Shown: piece by piece, positions 1 to 8,532 of the stretch
How positions within the stretch are numbered: the first letter of the stretch is position 1
How the letters are laid out: each line of letters begins with the position of its first letter
Assembly: GCA_002937895.1 (NCBI GenBank)
Contig: PTKV01000009.1
Location: forward strand, 5,333 to 69,332
Direction of reading: 5' to 3'
DNA from: Alphaproteobacteria bacterium MarineAlpha5_Bin9
GTDB taxonomy: Bacteria; Pseudomonadota; Alphaproteobacteria; HIMB59; GCA-002718135
DNA: 64,000 nucleotides
Made by a program: the position numbers and the translations under genes
The notes under the pieces: generated by a model
Told to the model about the DNA's origin: nothing
The model's input: the letters and a program-made list of their open reading frames with translations, nothing else
Database searches by the model: none

Positions 1-28
1 ATTAAAACTCAATAAACGTTAATTAAAA

Positions 29-1039
29 ATGATAATAAAATCTAATTTTATTACGTTAAAAAGATATATTCCATCAGGAATGCCTTCTTTAGATGATTTT
101 GCTATAAAATCTGAGAAAATAAATTTTAAAGTAAATGATCAAATACTAGTTAAGAATGAATGGATATCAGTTGATCCTTATATGAGAGGAAGAATGACTG
201 AAAGAAAAAATTATATAGACCCATTTGAATTAGGTAAGCCTATGGAAGGTGGCGCTTTAGGGAAGATAATAGAAAGTAATAATAAAGAATTTAAAAAAGG
301 AGAATATGTAATTAGTAATTTTGGGTGGAGAGATTATTTTATTTCAAGTGATAATTTTTTAACAAAAATAGATGTTCAAAAATTTCAACCGCAAACATTT
401 TTAGGCCCTTTAGGGTTTACTGGTCATACAGCTTATATAGGTCTATTTAAAATTGGACAATTAAAGAAAAATGATATTGTTTTAGTTTCATCTGCTGCTG
501 GCTCTGTTGGATCTATTGTATGTCAAATTGCAAAAATTAATGGATGTAAAGTCATAGCTTCAACAGGAAGTGATGAAAAAGTTAAATGGTTAGAAAAAGA
601 GCTAGGAGTAGATCATGCTTTTAACTACAAAAAAATAGATAATTTAGTTTTATATTTAAAAGAAATTAATCCTGAAGGTTTTGATCTATATTTTGATAAT
701 GTAGGCGGAGACTTTCTTGAAGCTGCAATATACAGAATGAAAAATTATGGTAAAATAGTAATTTGTGGAAGAATTTCACAAATGAATGCAACTTCACCTA
801 GCCCAGGTTTAAAAAATATGGCACATGTTTTAGTCAAAAGATTAACTATAAAAGGTTTTTTAATATTTGATCATCTCAATGACAAAGAGGAATTTTATAA
901 TGATATGACTTATTGGATAAAATCGAATAAGCTTAAATTCAAAGAAACTATTGTTGATGGATTAGAAAATACACCTAAAGCATTTATAGAATTATTAAAA
1001 GGAAGAAATCTAGGGAAAATGTTAGTTAGAATAGGTTAA
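29..1039 (+). CDS. NADP-dependent oxidoreductase, medium-chain dehydrogenase/reductase family (YncB/CurA, prostaglandin-reductase-like)
   Basis: 336-aa ORF. Nucleotide-binding motif AAGSVGSIVCQIAK and overall enone-reductase-like MDR sequence. No zinc-ligand Cys pattern. Confidence 0.8.
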   Translation: MIIKSNFITLKRYIPSGMPSLDDFAIKSEKINFKVNDQILVKNEWISVDPYMRGRMTERKNYIDPFELGKPMEGGALGKIIESNNKEFKKGEYVISNFGWRDYFISSDNFLTKIDVQKFQPQTFLGPLGFTGHTAYIGLFKIGQLKKNDIVLVSSAAGSVGSIVCQIAKINGCKVIASTGSDEKVKWLEKELGVDHAFNYKKIDNLVLYLKEINPEGFDLYFDNVGGDFLEAAIYRMKNYGKIVICGRISQMNATSPSPGLKNMAHVLVKRLTIKGFLIFDHLNDKEEFYNDMTYWIKSNKLKFKETIVDGLENTPKAFIELLKGRNLGKMLVRIG

Positions 1040-2484
1040 TTTGTGATGTATGGTGATGTGCCTCTAAAACCAATATTAAGATTTAATTGCTTATCTATTG
1101 GAGGAAAGGCTCTTTGCTGACATTCTATTCGAGGACAAATTCTACAAGAAATTCCTATTTTGGTTTCTAAATTTTTATTTTGTAAATCAATACCTTCAGA
1201 ATATGTCAACTCTTTAGCAAATCTAATGTCACATCCCAAACCTATAGAAACAAAACTTTTCGGTATGCCATGTCTTTCTATTCCCTTTTCAAAAGATCTT
1301 GCTATACAAAAATACACTTTTCCATCTGGCATTCTAGAGATTTGTGTATTAATTCTTCCAGGATTTAAAAAAGCACTATAAACATTCCATCTTGGGCAAG
1401 CTCCTCCATGTCTAGGTATATGAATTCCAGAAAGTGAAAATCTTTTAGAAACGTTTCCAGCTATATCAGTTTTTAGAAAATGAAATGGTACTCCTTCATT
1501 TTTAGGACGCTGTAATGTAGTAAGCCGATGAGTAACTTGCTCAAAACTAGTTGCGAAATGATGCATTAATAATTCTACATCATATCTATATTTTTTAGCA
1601 CTATCTAGAAATTCTTCATATGGCATTAAAATAGATGCAGCTAAATAATTTAAAAGAGAAATCTTTAAAAGAGAAACAACATCTTTAGAAGCAATTTTAT
1701 TATCTGCTATAATTTGATCTATTTTTTCTTCACCTGAAGAGAGGGCTATTTGAAAACAAATATTAAAATTTCGTGCAGAATAAGTTATCATTTCCGATAA
1801 AAAAAGTGTTTTTGAACTTTTATTAAATTTCTTAACAAATTTTTGATCATCTTCCGGAGGAACAAATTTTATCGTTATACCATGGTGATTTTTTAAATAT
1901 TGAACTAATTTATAACCAACTAAACTTATTATACTTTTGCCTTTTTCAAAGCCAATTTTTTTTCTTATATCTTCAGCAATCATTTCTAATTCATGAAAGT
2001 AATTTTTATTTTCTTGTAAAAAATCAGAAACTATTTCAACAGGAAGTCTTGATAAATCTTTTTTATTTTTAACTGACTCTATATCAAGTATTTCAAGTTT
2101 ATCTTGCATATCTTCGGATAGATTTTTTTGTTTATCATTAAGAATCAAAAATGCTTTAGCGAGATTTGGATTACTCGATATAAACTCAGTTGTTTCTTGA
2201 TTAGTTATATCTAAGTCATCAAACATATCATTACTTAAAGCATCCATAACATCAGATAACAGTCTTTGATTACTTTCTAATGTTAAATCTTTCAAAGATA
2301 ATGATAGTTCATTCCCTATTTTTATTAATAAAGGAACAGTAATTGTTCTTCTTCCGCTTTCTATTAAATTTAAGTAACTGGGTGAAATACCAAGTTTTTT
2401 AGATAGATCTGACTGTGATAAACCTTTTAGCCTCCTCTCTTTTCTAATTTTAGATCCTATGTTTGATAATTCACTACTATTCAT
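1036..2484 (-). CDS. XRE-family HTH regulator with IrrE/ImmA-like peptidase-like domain and Cys-rich C-terminal domain (short-chain fatty acyl-CoA regulator ScfR/RamB-like architecture)
   Basis: N-terminal HTH (IRKERRLKGLSQSDLSKKLGISPSYLNLIESGRR). C-terminal CPRW...CRICPRIECQQRAFPP motif typical of the DUF2083-type domain. I place the start at the Met-14 ATG (2484), because the 13 upstream codons are made of the repeat array. Confidence 0.75.
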   Translation of the reverse strand: MNSSELSNIGSKIRKERRLKGLSQSDLSKKLGISPSYLNLIESGRRTITVPLLIKIGNELSLSLKDLTLESNQRLLSDVMDALSNDMFDDLDITNQETTEFISSNPNLAKAFLILNDKQKNLSEDMQDKLEILDIESVKNKKDLSRLPVEIVSDFLQENKNYFHELEMIAEDIRKKIGFEKGKSIISLVGYKLVQYLKNHHGITIKFVPPEDDQKFVKKFNKSSKTLFLSEMITYSARNFNICFQIALSSGEEKIDQIIADNKIASKDVVSLLKISLLNYLAASILMPYEEFLDSAKKYRYDVELLMHHFATSFEQVTHRLTTLQRPKNEGVPFHFLKTDIAGNVSKRFSLSGIHIPRHGGACPRWNVYSAFLNPGRINTQISRMPDGKVYFCIARSFEKGIERHGIPKSFVSIGLGCDIRFAKELTYSEGIDLQNKNLETKIGISCRICPRIECQQRAFPPIDKQLNLNIGFRGTSPYITN

Positions 2485-2596
2485 TTTTACAATATTTACA
2501 AATTTACAATATTTTATATTCAATTAATTACAATATTTACTAGGAAAAATAAAGAAATATATTGATATTTATTAAAATTGTAAATATTGTAAATAT
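2483..2596. promoter_or_regulatory. Operator-like array of ATATTTACA / TGTAAATAT repeats at the regulator start
   Basis: Exact 14-mer TTACAATATTTACA at 2487-2500 and its exact reverse complement at 2579-2592. 13/14 copy at 2528-2541 and 11/14 copy at 2504-2516. Tandem exact 9-mer TGTAAATAT at 2579-2587 and 2588-2596. Confidence 0.45.
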
Positions 2597-2800
2597 CACT
2601 TATTATGAAGATTAAAAATAAAAAAGATAATAAAATTTTTTTGAAATCTCCTAAGAAAATTACTAAAAATAGTGAGAAACCTAATAATTTGTTTAATTTC
2701 AATAACACTGAACTTTTTTATAGTAATCGCTATGGGTGGTCATTAAGAAAAGCTTTATAAGTTTTTTATATTTATTCCCTTAAATTATTAACTCCTAACC

Positions 2801-2829
2801 AAAAAAAGAGTCCTAAGGGGCTCTTTTTT
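2801..2829 (-). terminator. Putative intrinsic terminator after the proX..betA-like operon (imperfect)
   Basis: A7-GAGTCC-TAAG-GGGCTC-T5 directly after the stop at 2831. On the minus-strand RNA this gives a 6-bp GC-containing stem with one bulge or mismatch, followed by U7. Confidence 0.5.
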
Positions 2830-2830
2830 A

Positions 2831-4468
2831 TTATGTGCTATTATAAAATTTTAAATCTATAGGATCTTCAGAAGGTTTCCCTAAAATCAAATCAGAAGCT
2901 TTTTCAGCTATCATTAATGTAGAGGCATTTAAATTTCCACTAACAATATCAGGCATTATAGATGAATCTACAACTCGCAAATTTTTAATTCCGTGAACTC
3001 TAGTTTCAGGATCAACAACTGACATATTATCTATACCCATTTTATTCGTGCAGGATGGATGGTAAGCTGTTTCAGCAGTATTCTTTATTACGTCATCTAG
3101 TTCTTCATCTGTTTTAATATTATTTCCTGGCAGAATTTCATCTCCAATATACTCCTCCATAGATTTTTGATTAAAAATATTTCTTGCTATTTTAGCACAA
3201 TCTCTCATTTGTTTTCTGTCAGATTCTGTTTCTAAATAATTAAATTGAATTAAAGGTAATTCTTTGGGATTAGAGGACTTAAGTTTTACCCATCCTCTAC
3301 TTGTAGGTCTGTTAGGACTAGCGTGAAATTGAAAAGAATGCATTTCTGGATTTTTCAATCCATGATCAATTACTAGAGATGGAAAAAAATGAAATTGTAT
3401 ATTGGGATGTTCATAGTTCTTAGAACTTTTTACAAAACCGCCTAATTCCAAATGGGAATGAGCTAATAACCCTTTTTTTAAAATAAACCACTGTAAACCA
3501 TGATAAAGTTTCATAAATGGATTATTAAAAAGACTATATAAAGTAACAGGTTTTTTAGATTTATGTTGAACATAAACTTCTAAATGATCTTGTAAATTTT
3601 TACCTACTCCCGGCAAATCATGAACAACAGTAATACCATGGTCACTCAACTCCTTATGGTTGCCAATACCTGAAAGTAGTAAAAGTTTTGGAGAATTAAT
3701 TGAGCCACAACTGATGATAACCTCTTTATTTGCAATAAATTTTTTATTTTTACCTTTAATTTCCAACTCAATACCTTTTGCAACTTTATTTTCTATGATT
3801 ATTTTATGAACTTCGGTATTTAAAAAAATGTCAATATTTTTTCTTTTTAAAGCTTCTTTTAAATAAGCTTTTCCAGCGCCATATCTTTTTCCTTTATCTA
3901 TTGTAAGATCAAATGTGCAAAATCCGTCTTGCTTAAAGCCATTTGGGTCTTTAGTATAATCATAACCTGCCTCAATTGCTGCATTTATAACAGCTTGATG
4001 AAGAGGAAATTTTTCATTAATTTTAGATTTCATGATTTTTAAAGGTCCCGTTTTTCCTCTAAATTCACTTTCATCTTCAGACCAAGATTCTAGTTTTTTA
4101 AAATATGGAAGTACATGTTTATAACTCCAATTTTTAAGGCCTTTTTGAGCCCATCTATTAAAGTCCTGGGGATGGCCTCTTATATAGACCATACCATTAT
4201 GAGATGAACATCCTCCTGTCATTTTTCCTCTTGGGCAAAAAATTCTTCTATTATTTAAATATGGCTCAGGTTCAGAAAAATACTTCCAATTGATTTTAGG
4301 ATCATGCATTGTATATAAAATTGCACTAGGCATATCTACTTTCCACGATTCACTTGATGGACCAGCTTCTATTATAGCTATAGAATTTTTTGAATCTTGA
4401 GATAATCTGTTTGCCAAAACACAACCAGCAGATCCAGCTCCAACAATTATATAATCAAAATTTAACAT
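2831..4468 (-). CDS. betA: GMC-family FAD oxidoreductase, choline dehydrogenase (BetA)-like
   Basis: 545 aa. N-terminal FAD motif DYIIVGAGSAGCVLANRL. It aligns along its whole length with my recollection of E. coli BetA (NRRIFCPRGKMTGGCSSHNGMVYIRG, LQDHLEVYVQ, PNIQFHFFP, TAYHPSCTNKMG, GNLNASTLMIAEK). The ATG overlaps the SDR stop (TAATG). Confidence 0.7.
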   Translation of the reverse strand: MLNFDYIIVGAGSAGCVLANRLSQDSKNSIAIIEAGPSSESWKVDMPSAILYTMHDPKINWKYFSEPEPYLNNRRIFCPRGKMTGGCSSHNGMVYIRGHPQDFNRWAQKGLKNWSYKHVLPYFKKLESWSEDESEFRGKTGPLKIMKSKINEKFPLHQAVINAAIEAGYDYTKDPNGFKQDGFCTFDLTIDKGKRYGAGKAYLKEALKRKNIDIFLNTEVHKIIIENKVAKGIELEIKGKNKKFIANKEVIISCGSINSPKLLLLSGIGNHKELSDHGITVVHDLPGVGKNLQDHLEVYVQHKSKKPVTLYSLFNNPFMKLYHGLQWFILKKGLLAHSHLELGGFVKSSKNYEHPNIQFHFFPSLVIDHGLKNPEMHSFQFHASPNRPTSRGWVKLKSSNPKELPLIQFNYLETESDRKQMRDCAKIARNIFNQKSMEEYIGDEILPGNNIKTDEELDDVIKNTAETAYHPSCTNKMGIDNMSVVDPETRVHGIKNLRVVDSSIMPDIVSGNLNASTLMIAEKASDLILGKPSEDPIDLKFYNST

Positions 4469-5256
4469 TAATTCATTTTTTCAGTATTTCCATCAACTGT
4501 CATTATTTGACCAGATATTTTTTTTGCCTCATCAGTTAATAAAAAAAAAGCCATATTTGAAATATCTTCTTTTGAAACAAACGAATTAAGAGAAACCATC
4601 GATTCAAGATCTTTTTTAATTGATTTATAGGATAAACCTGAAATTTTAGATTTAGCTCTGATAACTCGTTTCATTCTATTGCCTTCAACTGAACCAGGAC
4701 ATATTGCATTTACTCTAATATTATGTTTGCCCATTTCCATAGCAAGTGTTTTAGTTATGCCTATTATTGCCCATTTAGTTGCAGCATATGGAGAGCGATA
4801 TGGAAAACCATATAAACCCGCAGTAGAAGAAACATTAATTATTGAACCTCCTGATTTTTTTTTAAGAAGCGAAGTCGCAAACTTAGTAAAATAAAAATGA
4901 CTATTAATATTAGTATCAATGGTTTCTCTCCAATCATTTATCTTAATATTTTCTATTTTTGATGTTGGCCCTGCTATACCTACATTATTTATTAATCCAT
5001 CAATTTTTTTGATGTGATGTTTTATGAATAAAAAATATTTTTCTACTTCTCTATAATTATTAGCATCTAAAACTTTGGTGTATAGATTTTTTTTATATTT
5101 TTTTTGATTTTTAATTATATTAATTGCATCTTTATTTTTATCGCTTACAAAAACTTTTGCTCCATTATCCAAACACTTTTTAGCAATTGACCAACCAATA
5201 CCTTCTGCTGCCGCAGATATAACTATATTTTTATTATTTAATACTTTATTACTCAT
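4468..5256 (-). CDS. Short-chain dehydrogenase/reductase (SDR) family oxidoreductase
   Basis: 262 aa. Cofactor motif ISAAAEGIGWSI, catalytic YxxxK (YAATKWA), and NAICPG. The start overlaps the proV stop by 8 nt. Confidence 0.8.
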   Translation of the reverse strand: MSNKVLNNKNIVISAAAEGIGWSIAKKCLDNGAKVFVSDKNKDAINIIKNQKKYKKNLYTKVLDANNYREVEKYFLFIKHHIKKIDGLINNVGIAGPTSKIENIKINDWRETIDTNINSHFYFTKFATSLLKKKSGGSIINVSSTAGLYGFPYRSPYAATKWAIIGITKTLAMEMGKHNIRVNAICPGSVEGNRMKRVIRAKSKISGLSYKSIKKDLESMVSLNSFVSKEDISNMAFFLLTDEAKKISGQIMTVDGNTEKMN

Positions 5257-6292
5257 TAAGAGTATTTTTGCTCAAAGATACAGCTAATTCTTTTTCTGTA
5301 ATATACCCCATCGTGTGCCCCTTGCCGTCAACTACTAAAATAGTAGAACGATCTTTTAACACTTTTGGTAAAAATTCTTCAACATAAACACCTCCGTCAA
5401 CTTTAAATGTATTTCCTAAAGTTATATTTTTGGAGTCAACTTCATTTGCTTTTTTCATTATTGTTTTTGCTTTTAAAACTTTGGCTCTATTTACATCCTT
5501 TACAAAAGCAGTTACATATTCATCTGCAGGATTCATAATTATTTCTTCTGGTTTTCCAACTTGAACTAATCTACCACCATTTAAAATACCAATATGATCA
5601 CCTAACTTAAGAGACTCATCAAGATCATGAGTAATAAATACAATGGTTTTCTTTAATTTAGATTGAAGCTCAACTAATTGTTTTTGCATATCACTTCTAA
5701 TTAATGGATCTAAAGCACTAAAAGCTTCATCCATTAAAAGAATTTTAGGATTAGTAGCTAGTGCCCTAGCAAGTCCTACTCTTTGCTGCATGCCTCCAGA
5801 TAATTGATTTGGGTATTGATCTTCAAAACCTTGCAATCCAACTGATTCAATTTGAGTTAATGCAATGTTGTTTCTTTCCTCTAGATCTTTACCCTGGATC
5901 TCTAAACCATAAGCAACATTCTGAATTACTGTTTTATGAGGAAATAAACCAAAGCGCTGAAATACCATGCTCATCTCATTTTTTCTAAATTCAATAAGCT
6001 GTTTTTCACTAAGAGCCATAACATTAGTTCCGTCAACTACAACTTCTCCATCTGTTGGGTCTATTAACCGATTGATATGTCTAATGAGGGTTGATTTGCC
6101 AGAGCCAGATAAACCCATACATACAAAAGTTTCTCCTTCTTCAACTGAAATTGATACATTATCAAGGCCAACTGTATGCCCTGTTTTTTCTAATATCTCT
6201 TCTTTTGTAGCTCCTTCTTTAACCATAGGAAGAACAGAAGAAGGTTCATTTCCAAATATTTTATATACATTCTTTATTTCTATTTTTGGCAT
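5249..6292 (-). CDS. proV: Glycine betaine/proline-type ABC transporter, ATP-binding subunit
   Basis: Walker A GLSGSGKST, signature LSGGMQQRVGLARAL, Walker B ILLMDEAFSALD, and a short CBS-like C-terminal tail. Confidence 0.9.
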   Translation of the reverse strand: MPKIEIKNVYKIFGNEPSSVLPMVKEGATKEEILEKTGHTVGLDNVSISVEEGETFVCMGLSGSGKSTLIRHINRLIDPTDGEVVVDGTNVMALSEKQLIEFRKNEMSMVFQRFGLFPHKTVIQNVAYGLEIQGKDLEERNNIALTQIESVGLQGFEDQYPNQLSGGMQQRVGLARALATNPKILLMDEAFSALDPLIRSDMQKQLVELQSKLKKTIVFITHDLDESLKLGDHIGILNGGRLVQVGKPEEIIMNPADEYVTAFVKDVNRAKVLKAKTIMKKANEVDSKNITLGNTFKVDGGVYVEEFLPKVLKDRSTILVVDGKGHTMGYITEKELAVSLSKNTLNE

Positions 6293-6293
6293 C

Positions 6294-7313
6294 TTATTTT
6301 TTTATTTTCTTAACTGGTTGATTTCTTTCTTGTATTTTTTCTCCATATGCTTGGGTCATCCTATCTAAAACAATTGCTAATAAAACTATAGCTAACCCGG
6401 CTTCTAACGCAGCTCCTACATTTAATTGTTGAAGACCTAAAAGAACTTCATCTCCTAATCCTCTAGTTCCTATCATAGAGGCTATTACAACCATTGCTAA
6501 TGCCATCATTGTACATTGATTAATTCCTTGCATAATATTTGGTAGAGCTAAGGGAATTTGAACTCCCCAAAGTTTTTGTTTTTTATTAGCTCCAAAAGAT
6601 TCTGCTGCTTCTATAATTTCTTTATCGACTAATCTAATTCCTAGATCTGTTAACCTTATTAATGGAGGAACAGCATATATTACAATTGAGATTATTGCTG
6701 GAATTGCCCCTAAACCAAATAAGATTATTCCAGGAATTAAATAACAAAAAGCTGGAATAACTTGCATTAAATCTAAAATAGGTAATATAATGTTTCGTAC
6801 TCTGGAGTTACGCGCCATCGCTATTCCTACTGGAATACCAATAATAACACATAATGCCATACCAACAACAACCATTGTAGTTGTTTCTATAGCCTTATCC
6901 CAGAATCTTGGATTAAGAAATCCTATAAAAAAAGTACAAAAAGCAACGAAAACAGTAGTGCCAATTTTTTTTCCGCTTGAAAAATATGTTATTGCTATAA
7001 CAGCTATTATTACAAGTGGCCAAGGAGCTTCAACAATAAAATTCTTTACTTCAGAATAAGCCCTTAATAAACCATAACCTATTGCATCAAATATTAAACC
7101 ATACTTATCTATAAAGACTTTCCACCCACTATTAACCCAGTCTCTAATAGGTGTATCAAGCCATTTTGGCCAATCATTTAACCATTTATAATTTGTAAGT
7201 AAATCAGTTACATTATCAGGTTTTTTTTTAGAAGTTGAATAACTGACAAAAACTAAAACAAAAAATAATATTAGATAAACAAAATAATAAATATTTTTAG
7301 GAATTTTTTTCAT
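6294..7313 (-). CDS. proW: Glycine betaine/proline-type ABC transporter, permease subunit
   Basis: 339-aa polytopic membrane protein. EAA-loop-like region (EAAESFGANKKQKLWGVQIPLALP). Sits 1 nt from proV. Confidence 0.9.
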   Translation of the reverse strand: MKKIPKNIYYFVYLILFFVLVFVSYSTSKKKPDNVTDLLTNYKWLNDWPKWLDTPIRDWVNSGWKVFIDKYGLIFDAIGYGLLRAYSEVKNFIVEAPWPLVIIAVIAITYFSSGKKIGTTVFVAFCTFFIGFLNPRFWDKAIETTTMVVVGMALCVIIGIPVGIAMARNSRVRNIILPILDLMQVIPAFCYLIPGIILFGLGAIPAIISIVIYAVPPLIRLTDLGIRLVDKEIIEAAESFGANKKQKLWGVQIPLALPNIMQGINQCTMMALAMVVIASMIGTRGLGDEVLLGLQQLNVGAALEAGLAIVLLAIVLDRMTQAYGEKIQERNQPVKKIKK

Positions 7314-7324
7314 TTGTTATAGAA

Positions 7325-7348
7325 TCCTAGGGGAATTTACCCCTAGGA
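7325..7348 (-). promoter_or_regulatory. GC-rich intercistronic stem-loop between proX and proW
   Basis: Perfect 9-bp stem TCCTAGGGG / CCCCTAGGA with a 6-nt loop. It lies about 10 nt after the proX stop and about 11 nt before the proW ATG. There is no trailing U-run. Confidence 0.55.
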
Positions 7349-7358
7349 ATAAAATGTA

Positions 7359-8384
7359 TTAAAGTGAACCTTTTACTTTAGCTGCAACGTCTGCAGATAC
7401 CCAAGATTCCCAATCTGAATTATTTTTCAAATAATGCATAGCTGTAGCTTCCATATCTCCACCAGATACATCTACATAATAAGCTAAAAGATCATTAACT
7501 TGACTTGTAGGCATAGTGTATGCTTTGACAAAAGCTGTAATGTCTGCATTGTCACTAGCATAAGCTCCGGTTACTAATTTAGTTAAAGCCATGTCTTTAT
7601 ATTCACATGCGCAACCTTTTTTCCAAGCTCCTTCACCATCAGCTTGTATAGCTCTTACATTTTCTTGAAGTTTACCCCAGCAATCTGAATCATAAGCAGG
7701 TTCAGATAGGCGAACCATATCAATTTCTGGTTTTCCCATTAAACTTGTTGGAGTCCAATAATAAGTTAAAATTGGTTTGTTTTTAGAAAACGCTGCTGAA
7801 ATATTTGCATCTAAAGCTCCTCCTGAACCCGGATCATAGTTTGTATATAATTCGTCTAATCCGTATTCTTTCATTTTAACTAAATTAACAGTGTAGCAAG
7901 ACCACCCTGAAATACAACTTGTTGCTCTTCCTTTAGATGGATTTTCGGGATCTTTGAAAAGCTCCCATACACCAGGTTTTTTGAGATCTTCAACACTAGT
8001 AATGCCATATTCTTCAGAAGTTTTTCTATCTACAAACCAAGCTTGCTCTGATGCAGGAGTATTAATACCAGCATCAACTAGATTTCCTGAAGCTATTTCT
8101 GGATCAATCCATTCAGCATTGTTATCTGCCCAATGCTCGAATATCATATCTAATTGTCCATCTACTAAAGCTGTTAAAATAGGAATAGTACTTCCTTTAG
8201 TAACATCTACCTCGCAACCATATCCATTTTCTAAAATATATGCCCCAACAGCTGTATGAATATTTGCACTATCCCAATCAAAGTCACCTATTCTTACTTT
8301 ACAATCAGCGTTAGCAGAGCCAGCACCTAAAGTAAAAAAAGAAACAAATAATAAGGATAATATAGAATTTTTTATGAATTTCAT
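7359..8384 (-). CDS. proX: Quaternary-amine (glycine betaine-type) ABC transporter substrate-binding protein
   Basis: 341 aa. Signal peptide MKFIKNSILSLLFVSFFTLGAGSANA. Trp-rich OpuAC/ProX-like sequence. Strong SD (AGGGGGA) upstream. Elevated GC and an Ala/Gly-rich composition typical of highly expressed binding proteins. Confidence 0.85.
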   Translation of the reverse strand: MKFIKNSILSLLFVSFFTLGAGSANADCKVRIGDFDWDSANIHTAVGAYILENGYGCEVDVTKGSTIPILTALVDGQLDMIFEHWADNNAEWIDPEIASGNLVDAGINTPASEQAWFVDRKTSEEYGITSVEDLKKPGVWELFKDPENPSKGRATSCISGWSCYTVNLVKMKEYGLDELYTNYDPGSGGALDANISAAFSKNKPILTYYWTPTSLMGKPEIDMVRLSEPAYDSDCWGKLQENVRAIQADGEGAWKKGCACEYKDMALTKLVTGAYASDNADITAFVKAYTMPTSQVNDLLAYYVDVSGGDMEATAMHYLKNNSDWESWVSADVAAKVKGSL

Positions 8385-8532
8385 AAATTTCCCCCTATAA
8401 TTAAATTAATTTAAATATTTTTACTATTAAACTCTTATTAAGTGAAAATTCAACATATAAAATGAATTAAAACGGTTATAATTTAGTTATAAATAGATAA
8501 ATGTTGTTAAAATATTAAAAAATCTTAAATAT

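Noticed and set aside
1160-1381. 73-aa plus-strand ORF inside the regulator gene. The same applies to similar antisense ORFs at 4679-4894, 5967-6368, 6790-7059, 7954-8259, 14299-14493, 14735-14956, 16169-16372, 21695-21886, 25416-25688, 34317-34568, 38485-38718, 40703-40888, 42290-42571, 42639-42869, 45519-45701, 47087-47356, 50633-50836, 53516-53773, 53957-54238, 55525-55806, 55819-56007, 56043-56261, 58424-58654 and 60709-61161.
   Set aside because: Each lies entirely antisense to a longer ORF with clear family motifs. Their translations are low-complexity and have no recognisable motifs. They look like shadow ORFs.
2579-2596. Resemblance of TGTAAA...TTTACA words to the gammaproteobacterial TyrR box (TGTAAA-N6-TTTACA).
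   Set aside because: The inverted hexamers here are more than 70 nt apart and the close pairs are direct repeats, not N6-spaced palindromes. No TyrR-type regulator is present. I treat it as a coincidental word match.
2520-2708. 62-aa minus-strand ORF upstream of the regulator.
   Set aside because: It is a translation of the AT-rich repeat/promoter region (Ile/Phe/Leu/Asn-rich) and overlaps the regulator start. The region is better explained as regulatory DNA.
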